A stretch of 63,810 nt of DNA, filler included, from Perkinsus chesapeaki ATCC PRA-425 (GCA_013115145.1; 10 parts of 10 records of this genome joined end to end with filler, not necessarily neighbours in it), one strand, 5' to 3'. Counted from the first letter of the whole stretch, positions 38,442 to 51,087 are shown. The notes: a model not told the origin generated them from the letters alone. Translations and numbers: made by a program.

Positions 38442-41400
38442 TTTGGTGTAAACGTCAAACACGTTTACAAATGTTCCGAAAACCCGCACCCATTGGCCAA
38501 TGTTGAGCTGCGTCTCAGAGCCGATTTATCAACATTGTTCAAGGGGTATGGGGTTGCTCTATTGCCCCGCAGATAATTTCGCAAGTGGGAGCCGTATGCA
38601 GCAGATTGTTTTCAACATCCAGATAGTGGTGTGCGCATATCCGACTTGCCTCTTCGTACTACACCACCACGATTAATTTCTTACCCACATCTGCTCCGAC
38701 GTTTCACTACACCCTTGCTCCAACTCATTCGTTCTGTGGCTGTGTTCCCAACCAACAACTACCCAACTACACTATGCAACCAATTGTTTATCAAACCGGA
38801 GCTATCAAACCTTAAGCGAAGCAGTCAAGGATACTCAATCAGGGAGCAGCTAAAGCCTATGTAGAAAGACTGAACAGCAAATTCGTTGTCCTTTCCTTAA
38901 AATATGAGTTGAAGGCGATGAGCTCCAGCCGGCTAAGAATGAGCGATTGAGTGAATAGCTCCAACATTTGTTGACGTCATGTGTTGTAGTAGTAGGAGAA
39001 TTAGATTTAGAGTGATGCGTCTGGAATCACTTTTAAGGGCGCCATCTCCACTTCTATGTATTTCTATGAAAATACCATGCACATATATCCATCGCGCACA
39101 TCATTGGAGGAGATCTCGTTGCTTCGCCATAAAAGTAAGGGGATTATAATCGGTTCGAATGATGAGTGTTCCTCGGTCAAGGTAGTACCCAGTTAGCACA
39201 AAATTGCCGGTTTGGCCGTCAGCTAGTGCCCATAACAAGGTGCACGCTCTTCATCGAAGCAGTATTAGGTGGACAGGTTGCACATGTGTGATTGTACACC
39301 AAACTACACCCTTAGACTTGCCAGCCGTCTTGACACCTACACATTACTGATTTCGTATCGCACAAGAGCCACCTAGCAAATCCGAAGAGCAGACAATTCA
39401 TAGTTGCCAACTCTGGTCAAGGAGTGCGCAGACCCCAGCAATCGGGGAACCCCTGCGTGCCCTTCCTTTCAGCATGATAATGAATCTGTATCATGCCTTG
39501 GCCCAGCTGAGTACTATACCGGTACTATAGTACTAAGTACTATACTCGGAATCCGAATGTCCGATTGTAGCAATAGCCGATCGTCAGCTCAGCTGCATCT
39601 CAATCACTCATACACTCAATCACCAAACCCGAATATAATCATATCATTCGAAATTGATGTATTTACAACATCCGCGTGCGAGTTCTAAGGTGATGGGATA
39701 GTTATTTGTCTTCTGAAACAAGACAGTTCAGTCCTTTATGGAACACAGCAACAGTTGTCAGTTAAGATTGTGTGATACGCTAACCCTAGGACCTGCATAA
39801 ACTTCTTTTCAAACATTCCACCATAGCCCTAGAGAAGTTATTACCACAATCATTGTAGCAGGTACATCGCCGAGATCATGAAAAACATAGGGCCATTATA
39901 GTGTTTGAGCCATTATAGTCGATCTCGAGGCTATATAATAATTTGTCACTCACGCCATGCCAACGTCCTATTCATGGTTTTGTGGTTTTGTTTACTATGC
40001 CTATCATCAACCTCGAGGGTTTTATCAATATCTCCATCTTCATAGGGTGTTTCAAAGTTTCGTAAGTGACTTTAATCACTCAGAGATCACTCAATACTTT
40101 GTGTTTCGAAATAAAACTCGGCCAAGAGTTGCATCAAAACATGTTGAGACGAAGCTGATCAAGACCAAGACGATACACGTTTGCGATGAGCTCCAAGCGG
40201 TACACCTTCGGCTCGCTGCCTCAACGCTGAGAAGGCACTGCGTCACCTGCGCGCGTCTGAATTCCCAGGTTGCAAAAAGTTGGTTGGTCCCTAGTGGATG
40301 GCCGTACCATGATGGCTTTGCAATGCTTGCTACCAATAGAAGTGTTCTCAGATCATACTATATAGACGGCCTATCTCACCTCCCGCAATCGCTTCAAGAG
40401 GTCCCTGTAAGAGCGGAGGAACCGAGAGCTGAAGATTCTCCAGTATTTAGCAGAACCCCCCTTGGTTAAGACTTTTGAAGACGTTTGACCCTGGTTTCGT
40501 GGAAAGCGTGTGACGACTGAGTCAGAACTCTTTTTATTCTGATGTTTTCCTCGACATCCAAGCGTTGGATACCACCTTGCGTCAGCTACGCTCTCCTTCT
40601 ACCTATGAAGACGATCACAATTCGCTCAATGACATCATAGTTGCGGACTCCTCTCAAGTTACTTTACATGATACATCACAAGGCGAAGGATCAATGCAGG
40701 TGAGATAAGGGGGAGAGAATAGGTGATACGCCTGGAGTTCTTAACGGGCGTCATCCGTTGTCGGCGAACATGACGAATGGTGTCAGGCCGATCGCAGAGA
40801 GCCAGCTTTACCCAATACTCCAGATATTCCCAGGCCACAACCAGCATGTGAGTTCTCTTATTTTTACTTTATTACCGGGCCCCACCCTCTTGACGGTGAT
40901 AGCCAGGTGTTGAAACCTGGTGGCGACTTGTCTAAAGAGTTTTTTTGGAGCAATAAAGCTTTTACTTCTGCGTGGCATCTGAGCACCATATAGATGGCAA
41001 GATTCATTTTCACGTTTCAACGCGCGCTGGTCGGAGGCGGAGGAGAATCTCTAAAGTGAAAACGACGCCTTTATATCGCAGTTAACTTTCAGCCGTTTAA
41101 GTCACATTTGTCTGCCTATGAATATTGCTGTAAGTCCGCCATTTTTGAGCGCTGGCCGTCTGGCTTCTCCAGCAGAGCCACTGCAAAAAGATATCTGCTC
41201 TAGTGACAGAAAGCGGGAGAAGCGACATCGCTGACTGGGTGGTGGCGAATAAAACTGAAACTGTCACACTGAGAGCTGCGAACCGGGAAAAGAACGTCAA
41301 AGAACTCTACTGGACGCGAAAGAGGAACCAGGCAGTATGCTGAACAAGATCTGGGCTCTCGAGCCGGCTGATGCAACACTACAACCAGAGTCAATGCCAA

Positions 41401-42125
41401 GAACGGCTATCCTCAAGTAGACAGCTAAAGTGGGTGCGTGCGCGAGCGATGGCGCAACCATTGGTCCTATTCAAAGCATCCTCCATAATATCTCTGCTGA
41501 TTCGTTCGCCCATTGCATTGAAGATAGGCTCAAATGCGCCGCAGTTGCAACCACAACATCACTCTGTCCGGGACTTCGGCTTGGGGTAAAAGATACTTAG
41601 CAGAACATCTCGGATCGATTTACTAGTAATGCTGTTGGAATATCATCTGCCAGTTATCCACTGTCGAAATTACTTCACACAAGCCCCGAAATTATCATAG
41701 CGGATGACTTCAGAGTATACCAACACCAAAAAGAGCTCCAGATATCGGATTGCTTATGTTTCTAGAAGGGAAGTCGCCGACGGTAGTACCACTACCGAAG
41801 AGCTGAAGTAAAAGTGATGGTATCTTCTACAAAGACAGCCCTTGATTACCACAGTACCAGGCCCATTCGCGTGCCGGCATCTTTCCGCAGAACAGAATCG
41901 TATGCTGAATGAGAGATTTATATGGATTCCACTTAGCAATCCGATACAGATATCGAAGAGTAGACCTACCGGCATGTGGCTCTTGCTTCGCGAAATTTGT
42001 ATTACCTCATACTCAATAATAACTTGCGAAAAGAATTTTCCGGAGTGCAGTATTGTAGTGCAAGCCGAAGTTTTCCCCTAAGCCATACTATAACTAACAT
42101 GCGCGTAAGTGAGATATAAGCTTTA

Positions 42126-44689
42126 TCACCTGTAAACCGTAGCCGCGTTAAACTTGCGTCGTGCGAAGCGGTTATGCCTTATGATAACATCCATGACAAG
42201 AGCTTGAGTCGCCTCAGCCCCGACGTTCGGGCCGCTTAAAAATTTGGCTTGGCAACCATGTATGCCCTCGAGCTGACTGCTTCCCCTGTAACAACGATAT
42301 TCAGGTATTGTAGCATCAGGTTTGCGGAACTTCACAACCCCCACACTCTCGTACATGGGTAAAACGGATGGGGCAGGGTCGGACACGCAGCCGCCCCGAA
42401 TGTGGCGCAACAGACAATATATACTTAGTAATTTGAGAGTTACATGTCACGTCAACGCATGATGCTATGCTTACCTGGTTCTGAAGGCATTTATCGAATC
42501 CTTCTGGACCTGGAGGGAGCAGTAGTTCCCCTTCCCACGAAACGGTGGTTTCTTGCAGAATCCACCTACGAGAGCACGCGTTGCTCACAGGCACGCTGCT
42601 CTGCTCTTGCGGCAGAGGAATTTGATGCCTCACATGACGATATATCCAAGATGGTGTTGCTCTTATTTTTTTGATCCAGCTTCCGCTGGATCTGGGATAC
42701 CGAATGCTATCATTACCGTGTCCAGGAGTAGGCGCAGGTCTTGCTCGTTGATTTTGAACATTGCCTGAGAAGAGTGACACGTTTTCGGTGATGTATCGAT
42801 GATGGTTAAAGCTCCTGCATGAAGCTCCCGTGTCCCGGGTGAGTCGTTCGACTACATGCCTTAGAAAGCCTCCACAATATATGGAACGGGTCCACCCGTA
42901 CAAGTATCCCGGGGAATATCTCTTCCAGCATAGTATGGGTGCTACCATAGCACTGTTTATCAACTTGGTCGAGGACAGGGTAGGGCTCAGCGAGAGAGTG
43001 ATATCTTTTCTTGAGGCCGACATATCACTCTTTTACTTGGACGTCTCCATCTGTTACAGTGAACGCGTGAGCAATGACTTCCTGGAATTCATTCATAACC
43101 CAAAAACTCCACTTCACCCCAGCCGCTGTGTCTATCTTATGCGCGAGCGGCCGCGTGTGATCAGCCCTCAGGATCCCTCCGTGGTAGCTCTTCAGTTCCT
43201 GGATGAGGCGTGGCTGGCGCTCCATGTAATCATGTACATACAGCGACATCATATTTTCCCGGCTACGGTCCGAATCCGGGACATTCCAGCCATTTTCATC
43301 ACTCATTCTGCCAAAGGACCGGAAGCCCCCCACTGGCGTCCTAGCAACCTGGAACGATGACAGCCTGTCGCTTGACTTTGTGTCAAGCCACTCTTGGCAG
43401 TGTAATTGATATCGGGCACGAGTTCCTAGGTATACGGTCTGCTGGCTCTCTAGCAACCGTGCAGAAAAAGCCGAGGATCCCCCAGTGGCCGATAACGTGC
43501 GCAACTCGGCAAGCAAGTCGCGGCTCATTGCCTTGCGGTAAGTGAATACTGCTGTGATCCGGGGGTAGTTAACCGAGAAAACTTGCATGGAGGGGAACTG
43601 AACCTGAGAGCCTGTTTCTTGTCTGCTGTGTCATCGCTCGAAGGGTCTGATCCATCTTTAGCTTCTACCACCATGTCAAGCAGTGTAACGGAGCCTTTTA
43701 CAACTCACGTAAAATATGCCTGTCCTTGATATAACCTTTCTCGGGGGGAGTATTCCGCTATGTCGTATAGTATGAGACGAATCACGCATGCACGGCAATG
43801 AATCACATGGTCCTTGGTGTGATCTTAGCTTCGCCCATGTACTGTGTTGGGGCCGCCAGTAGTAAAAAGGCCATAGCTGATATATGCTCAAGTTGGCCGT
43901 CAAATCATTCAGGGCCGAAGGATCAGGGGGGTAGAACCACCCCCAGCATGATCAGAAGGAAGGTCCTCGATAGTGTCTTTCATCCACGCTTCTCGACCCT
44001 CGCTCGTCCCTGGCCAACACCAGGTTGAATTATCGCACCATCGCCTAATGGCAGAGATGGCAGTGAAGGATCCTCTAACGCTACCTATAGTTCACAAGAA
44101 AGAGCCGTATTTTCTTTTGCCTGCAGGCCGTGACCATTTCGACCTTTTTGAGCTTGCACACAGCCAGTGTTGCCCTGTTTGACGGGCCTCCCGCTAGCAA
44201 CCTCGGGTGGGCCTGGATTAGCTCTTGTGGGAACCGAAGTGATGCTGCATGGCTGACGTTTTCCGGCGGTTCCAAGTACTGCTCGTGGTCCTCCAAAATA
44301 GAGCGGCGGCCCTCCACATCTCGTACCTCGAGACGGTCGAGTTCTGCTGCTGGATTTTCACAACTGCTGATCCTAGCTTGGAGCCAGCGCAAGAACTTGC
44401 GCTGTATACTGGTTGCCGGCCCGTGAGTAGAGTTCCTTAGCCTCCCCATGAAAAGGAGGTATGCTCCTAGTTTCCTTGCGGGACCTTCGTTCCAGAACTG
44501 TTCATGAGTAAGCTGAGCTTCTTGACCGAAGCCAACCTTATAATGGGACCAAGAGGTATAATGCCAAGGTGCCACGAAAGTACGCCCGCGCTCTTTGTCC
44601 AAGGTTGACAAATGCTGTCCAGCCGTTCCATCTGACTTTAAGCCTGAAAATGCCAATATGTCTCTGAACCGTAATGTGACGCGCGCCAC
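42126..44689 (-). mobile_element. Degenerate DDE transposase, DUF6729-associated / Dada-like (MuDR-hAT-P-Kolobok-IS256 group)
   Basis: Ordered motifs FYYWRP...RKVISRTGIFYV, AVFTYRKAMSRDLLAEL, GGILRADHT (D), VDKQC (D), VRVDPFH (DxxH), HIRGGCVSDP and YRCYRGSSQLEGIH (E). In-frame stops at 43025-43027 (TGA) and 42806-42808 (TAA). The family name is recalled from motif similarity, not from a search. Confidence 0.7.
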
Positions 44690-44904
44690 CGTGCGTTGCG
44701 TATCATGCAGTGCATGAACCCGAGGAGCGTCGCAGTAAGTTCACCTGTAGTTGAGGATGGGGAGCTCTATGTGAAAAACATGTCCGGTTGGTTGCTTCTC
44801 GTCTCAAAGCACGCATGCTCTCGGGGTGGAGTAACTCGGCCTTAACCGCGAGCCGTAAGAATCGTCAAAGTTCCCCAGGGGTCGGCGCTTCACTTTACCT
44901 CGTT

Positions 44905-44991
44905 GCCCAGATAGCTCACTTGGGAGAGCGCCAGACTAAAGAGTGATCCAGAGGGATCTGGAGGTCCTCAGCTCGATCCTGGGTCTGGGCA
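44905..44991 (+). pseudogene. Intron-containing tRNA-Phe-like pseudogene (anticodon reads AAA)
   Basis: GCCCAGA-TA-GCTC-ACTTGGGA-GAGC-G-CCAGA-CTAAAG-[AGTGATCCAGAGGG, 14-nt intron at 37/38]-A-TCTGG-AGGTC-CTCAG-CTCGATC-CTGGG-TCTGGGC-A. All stems pair. G15C, G34A and T54C differ from a canonical tRNA-Phe. Confidence 0.8.
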
Positions 44992-45281
44992 TATGCTAGG
45001 CTTACAGATTCGAAGTTAAGAAGCCTTTCTGAACGACGAGATTGAGGATTCCGCCTCTCTCGGAATTCCGGGAGTCACACGTATGTTTGAGTTTGGCTCA
45101 ATTCAGATGAACTCAATGTACTTGCTGATCTTCCTGTACAAAACGGATATCCTTCGCAAAGGCTTGCGACGCAAACAACAATTTGGCTGTGAGGCCCGCA
45201 TTGTGAGTACGACGGTACTCGACCCGTGGAGGAACACTCCACTGTGGAAAAAATCAAGAAAATGTCAAGCAAGACTTTTAA

Positions 45282-45370
45282 GCCTCGGTAGCTCAGTCGG
45301 CAGAGCGCCTTTTAAGGCCTTTAAGTGCCTTTTAAGCCCGTGGCCGCGGATTCGAGCCCCGCCCGAGGTG
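45282..45370 (+). pseudogene. tRNA-Lys(UUU)-like gene with a triplicated anticodon loop
   Basis: Normal acceptor (GCCTCGG/CCGAGGT) and D-arm, and a near-normal T-arm. Between G26 and the 3' anticodon stem lie 28 nt (CCTTTTAAGG-CCTTTAAGTG-CCTTTTAA) instead of 12. Confidence 0.7.
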
Positions 45371-45528
45371 GGTAGCTTTCTATGTATCTCGATAGTGATG
45401 CACGAGGCATGATGCGGAAGGTTAGGCGGAGTGAATGAACCGCGTTTTTCGATTTCCATACTGCAGCAACACTGCTTCACTCTTTCTCGGGCCATCGGCG
45501 CCTTTCTGCCAACACCCAACTATTTAGG

Positions 45529-45628
45529 NNNNNNNNNNNNNNNNNNNNNNNNNNNNNNNNNNNNNNNNNNNNTTAATTAATTAANNNNNNNNNNNNNNNN
45601 NNNNNNNNNNNNNNNNNNNNNNNNNNNN
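45529..45628. other. Artificial contig linker
   Basis: 44 N + TTAATTAATTAA + 44 N. Confidence 0.99.
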
Positions 45629-48350
45629 GCTTTTGAACATCTGGTTATGTTACCTATCCGTCTAACTTCTGCGGCTTTGCCTTTGATTAAGGCCTTGGAT
45701 GTGGAACTCGGGAAGGAGAACCCTTCCGAGACTATTATCAATGACAAGCTGCAGGCCTTGAATGGTTCTATGGGTTGGGATCGTTTTTATAAGGCTCCTT
45801 TACGTTGGGAATCTACCCCTGGTTCGGGATGGACTCAGGCCTCATCCCAGTACCAAATGATGAAATTACGGTTGATGTATGGGTGCCCATTTCGTCATGA
45901 GACCGTGGGTAATGAAGTTGCAGGCCTTCTTTATCCTGCTGAACAAGAATCCATAGGCCTTTTACAAGTTTGTTGCGGGATGGATACTGTTATTCTTCCC
46001 CCCTTAGACTATAAATGCCTACGTTATGAGGTTCACGAGCCCCTTCTGGAAGGCCTTATGTTTGGTATTTGGGTTCCTCATAAGAGATTCTACGAATGTG
46101 GTGCTTGTGGTATTCCTATTCCGCTTGATAATGGTCCGCCTAACTTATCCAATATTATCAGCTCTGGAACTGGTTCGGCCCGTCCTGATTATGATGGCCC
46201 TAAGGCCTTGGATCTACAACGTTTGGTGGAGGCCCTGGGTAACCATGTGCATAATTATCAAAGACATCTATATAATGCTGGTCATTATCTTCAATACTTT
46301 GGTCCCGACGATATGGAGCCTCGCCCGTTTACACTTAAGCTATATCCTTTTTGTTTTATGGATCATCCCTTCTTCACTAGTGGTATCACGGCTCAGGCCA
46401 TGCTCGATCATCTAAATTGGCATCGTTTGCCAACTCCGGTGGCGGCCCTTGCTCAGGCCTTGTGGTACTACATTAGTAATAATTATAATTTGGGTGCCTA
46501 CGTGCATAAGAAGGCAGGACGACTTATAGTTTGGCAGCTATGCTCTGATGAGTTTGCTCGGGGGGTCGTATCCTCGGATACCCCCTTCGAGCTTCGGAGG
46601 GGCACTTGTCCTTATGATAGGCGGGTGCATGAGGCCTTACAAGGTCTTGCCGACTTTAATTATGTACCTCGGTTTCCACCACCCCCTCCTCGAAAAACTC
46701 GGTTAGCTCAACCGGTGTTTAGGCCTTTGAGACCTCGTCGCGGTTCTGTGATACCAGTGGCTTCGTCTAGGCCTTCTCATCATCCTCGTCAAGGAGACTC
46801 TGTGGTACCGACGTCTACACCTAGGCCTTCTTATCGTGAAGAAGGTTCTCAAGACCCTATTTTGTCGTCTTCGTTGACCACTGGTGAATGGTCGCCGAGG
46901 ACCCAAGCCTTGTATGATGTGCTGGATAAGAAGTTTGTCACTACTAAGGACTCTTGGATACATTGGTTTGGTTCGAATCCAGAGCCTATTCCACTAGCTG
47001 ACCGTACGACAATTGTTAGTATCTGTGCCCAGAACGGTTTGGAGGTGCCCTCAGGCCTTGTAAGAACTTCGGGAAATGAGACGCTGGTCCCTGGCCAATC
47101 TTCTTCGTCTTCTTCGTCCAATCCTGTTATAAGTTCTCAAGAGCCGTATATAGACCCCGCACCTTTACCGTTTCCTCCAAGGATAAGATCGGCACCCGCT
47201 TCCTTTTCGGTGACTTCTTCTGCAAATGTGGTATCTCTTGGTTCGACCCCTTCTTCACGTAGGCCAGATTCTAATGTGGGTTCGGTGGTAGAAGAGGATT
47301 TGGTTTCGATAATGTCTGCCCCAAGTAGAGTGTCCCGTACGCCTCAGGCCTTGTTACTTCCAAGGAATGTCGTCTCGGATATACCTTTGGATGTTACTCG
47401 GGCCTTTGAGCGTTTTGATATACCTATCCCGGAAAGCCCTGTCTTTGGATTGAATTTCTCTCATGATTACGCTTATCTTATTCCCCGATTTTATGCTCCT
47501 AACTTCTATTCTCGCTATGAATGGTTATGGAAATGGGAAGTTGGTCAAGAAGCTTCGGAATATCGTGAGTGGAAACAGTCTATCCAGTTGGCTAAGCCCG
47601 TACTTGATAATACTTGTTATAAGCATTTGGATAGGCCTTATGGTATTAATCATGCGACGATGGCAGGCCTTTTTGATGAACAACTACTCCAAGAACCGAT
47701 TGCTGGTAGGGTACTGTTTATCTCAGGCCTTCTATCTGGTTCTAAAAGGTTTGGTGAATTTGATAACTACTTGCCATCTCCAGCGGCTTTGCTTCGTTGG
47801 ATTCATGAAGCTGGTGTTGCGGCTCACTTGGTAGTGTACCACACTGAAGGCCTTCGCCCTTATGGAAATATTGGTAATTCTGCTAATGTATTCCTATGTT
47901 GTCCTCGACATACAGATGAGGCCTTGTTTAGACTTACTAGACAAGCCGCTGTTCGTCCCTTTAGGGAGGGAACTATCCTCCTTATAGGACGAAGTGATAA
48001 GGCCTTTACTACTACTTTGTGTGATGATCAAGGTCGACAATCTGGTCTAAGTTTGGCAGAAGCTCAATTGGCCCACCTCTTCACTCTTCAGAAGGTTAAA
48101 GCAGTTAATCAGGCCTTGGTTGAATATGAATCCGTTGAAGGCACTACTGCTGGTAACTATAAGGTTCTTGGTAAATATTTGCCTAAGGCCTTCACTGTTC
48201 GAGATGACGAGTGGGTTAGTACTTCCTTTCATGAGGTTGAGAAAGCTCATAGACCTGAGTGGAATCGTGGTAGAGCCGTTCCGCATCAAGCTGCTGGTCG
48301 AGAGACGTCTTCTCTTAATGACCTTTATCGTTCTTTGCCAGAGTCTGCCG
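45629..48350 (+). CDS. Intronless orphan ORF filling the whole contig, open at both ends (about 907 codons)
   Basis: No stop from edge to edge. Strong T-ending codon bias, one CxxC (YECGACG), a central Pro/Ser-rich region and a possible RRM-like segment (LFISGL...NVFLCC). No confident family. Confidence 0.75.
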
Positions 48351-48450
48351 NNNNNNNNNNNNNNNNNNNNNNNNNNNNNNNNNNNNNNNNNNNNTTAATT
48401 AATTAANNNNNNNNNNNNNNNNNNNNNNNNNNNNNNNNNNNNNNNNNNNN
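48351..48450. other. Artificial contig linker
   Basis: 44 N + TTAATTAATTAA + 44 N. Confidence 0.99.
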
Positions 48451-50368
48451 TGAGTAACATCCTCTGGCACAGGGCGATCCTTAATACAGGTAGTAATACG
48501 AAGGCCTTCAGTAGACTCGACCACATCAATCGTAACTCCAACACGTCCAAGTAAACGTAGTCCCCATATAATTCCAGGATGGAGGTCCTTGTCAACATAA
48601 AAATCATGAGTCATATGTTGGTCGCAGAAAAGCAGGCTGAGACTCACCGTGCCTACAACTTCTTCGACGGTACCATTAGCAAGGGTAGCAGTAGCATTAC
48701 AGGACTTCAAAGGGGGCGCGTCGGGACAAAGCTTTCGAATCTGATCATAAACAGCATTCGATAGTAAAGCATCGGTCGCTCCAGTATCAACTAAGCCTTT
48801 AAGTATAAGTTTACCACCATACGTCGCTGTCAAAGTGCCACCATCAGGTTTACAGTTTTCTCCCCATGCACGAATAGTAACACTACGTGATGGAAGAACT
48901 ACCGTCTCACCTCTCTCTCTCTCGTCTTTGTTGGCGGATTCTTGTGTGGAAATTGTGCGGACTGTCCCAGTGGCGCCATCTGGTTTGGGACCATGGGCGG
49001 TAAGCTTGGGGCATTCAGCAGCAGAATGTCCCACACTAAGACAAGACCAACATCGTCGCAATGGGCAAGATCTCGTCAGATGGTCGGTTTTACCACAGTT
49101 GAAGCATCGTCGAGGGCCTCGTTGATTTGGTCTCTTATCGGGTTGGCGTCCTTGATGTTGCGTACCAGAAGCATCTTGCGGCATCGCCTGAACAGACTGA
49201 AAATCAACTGCACGAACAGGAGTGTCTCTTTGAACCTCTGGCGTTGAAGTTGAAGTTGACATCACAGCAGTTGGTCTCGTAGCAACCGGAGTGGATCTAC
49301 AAATCAAACGTTGGTTAATCATTATCACTTGCCGAACCCAGTCGATCCAGGACCCACATGTAACAGACGCAGCTTGTGCTGATACATCGCCAGATAACAT
49401 ACCACGGCGGCTCAGCATCATAAAGTAAGAGTCGTCCCGAGTGCGCATTGCGCCACTTGCTTGACACTGAGAGCGAAAACGAGTAACTCTACCCAGGAAA
49501 GCCTGGAGAGTCTCACTCTCACCCTGTCGTAAGTCGATCATAGCATTAAGCAACTGTTCATCTTCTAATTGTCCACCACACACCCTGTCCAAGTTAGCCC
49601 ATACTCCCTTAAGAGCAGGAATATAAGCCTGTGGATCAAGGTCATTGAAAATCTGAACAGTCACCATTAACCATAAAGATTCTTCAAGTGCACGGCTTAA
49701 GTAGTGGAACTCTTGGACTGCAGACCAATGCCGCCTTCTCACCGTTTCAGCAACTTCCATCTTGAAAGCCGAGAGCGACCGGATATCACCAAACCCAACG
49801 AAAGGCGACTTTGTTAATGGTACCTTATCAACATCCTTCAATATCTTGGACAAATCGGACTCTGTCATCATCTTCTTATACCGAAAGGACTGTGTCGGTG
49901 CAGTAGGAAGCATAGCTAGCGGCGTATATGGTCCAAGAGTAGGAGGCTCGAACTCGACCTGCTCAGCAGAATGGAACGAACCATCAGCAACTGGCGGAGC
50001 AGAAGGAGTAGGCAAAGACGGTAAACTACTTGATCGAAGTCTATCACTGAAACCACTCACAAATATGCTATAGTTCCCTGCAAGTAACTTCCTTCCTGCG
50101 TTGAGCTTCCTGACGCGGCAATCTCGTTTGGCCTTCTCAGAGGTCTCAACAGCAATGCCTTTCGCACTCAGTTTACTCAGGACTGCTGAGTCAGCAGGGC
50201 AGGAAGAACATAAGGGACCAAAAGCATAAAGTTTTCAACAGACTTCTGGAGAAACTCTGACTCAGACGGAGAACCAATGAGCAGAATAGCCGTCTCCTCC
50301 AATCCCTTTTTCAAGGTCTCTAACTCTTGGAGGCTAAGGGCTTTGTCCGGTACCTCAAAGCCAGACAC
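48451..50368 (-). mobile_element. LTR-retrotransposon gag-protease fragment (3'-truncated by the contig edge)
   Basis: Two CCHC knuckles (CFNCGKTDHLTRSC, CWSCLSVGHSAAEC) and the retropepsin motif LVDTGAT. The gag frame is open from 50234; a short upstream ORF (50177-50368) overlaps it in another frame. Confidence 0.88.
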
Positions 50369-50429
50369 AAGCTCATCGGCTATAAGTTATAGCCTATAAC
50401 ATTCTGAAGTTGTCCTAAGTCGATGGTGC

Positions 50430-50625
50430 TAGTGATTTGCTAATTGAGACAACACTACACTGGATGAAATAGGGAAGGAATGCCTAGTAATGAGCCAGGA
50501 ATTACTCGATAGAGCTGCATCATCTTCATAATCTTAGCTTAGCTCCTATCTTCTCCCATCGGGACAGGCCAATTGTGTGCTACAGAGGATTGGTACAGCG
50601 ACAAGGATGCGCTAGCGTCCTGCAA
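50430..50625 (+). repeat. 196-bp inverted copy of 18524-18719 (segment of the SWIM/MULE-like gene)
   Basis: Ungapped match, with 3 mismatches by manual comparison. Confidence 0.9.
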
Positions 50626-50986
50626 TGGTCTCGTTACAAACAATGACCTCGTCGAAGAGTGTCTCGGCAAGCGAAACGAAAATTCCTTCGGGGAGCGCCA
50701 TGTAGAATAAACAACTCAACAAGAGCCGTTTAAACAATTAACAAGTTGGTTCTGATAAAGTTTTAATACATACAATAATAGTGGTTGCGTTAGGCTAAGA
50801 AAAATGAGACAGCGCGCACAATAAAAGATACCAATTGTGTGCACATTTCATCACAATTACGTTTTCCCGTTTCCCTGGAAAAGTTGCAATTTTCAGGCAC
50901 ATGGATATCGGAAGGCGTCGCCGGTGACCCTGTAGCTTCCCAGCCGGCCACGCCTCTGGCCGCGAGTGATATCGCATTGATGTACG

Positions 50987-51086
50987 NNNNNNNNNNNNNN
51001 NNNNNNNNNNNNNNNNNNNNNNNNNNNNNNTTAATTAATTAANNNNNNNNNNNNNNNNNNNNNNNNNNNNNNNNNNNNNNNNNNNN
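50987..51086. other. Artificial contig linker
   Basis: 44 N + TTAATTAATTAA + 44 N. Confidence 0.99.
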
Positions 51087-51087
51087 T

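Noticed and set aside
50177-50237. Possible programmed -1 frameshift between the short upstream ORF and gag
   Set aside because: There is no canonical X-XXY-YYZ heptamer in the 58-nt overlap; an indel or sequencing error is simpler.
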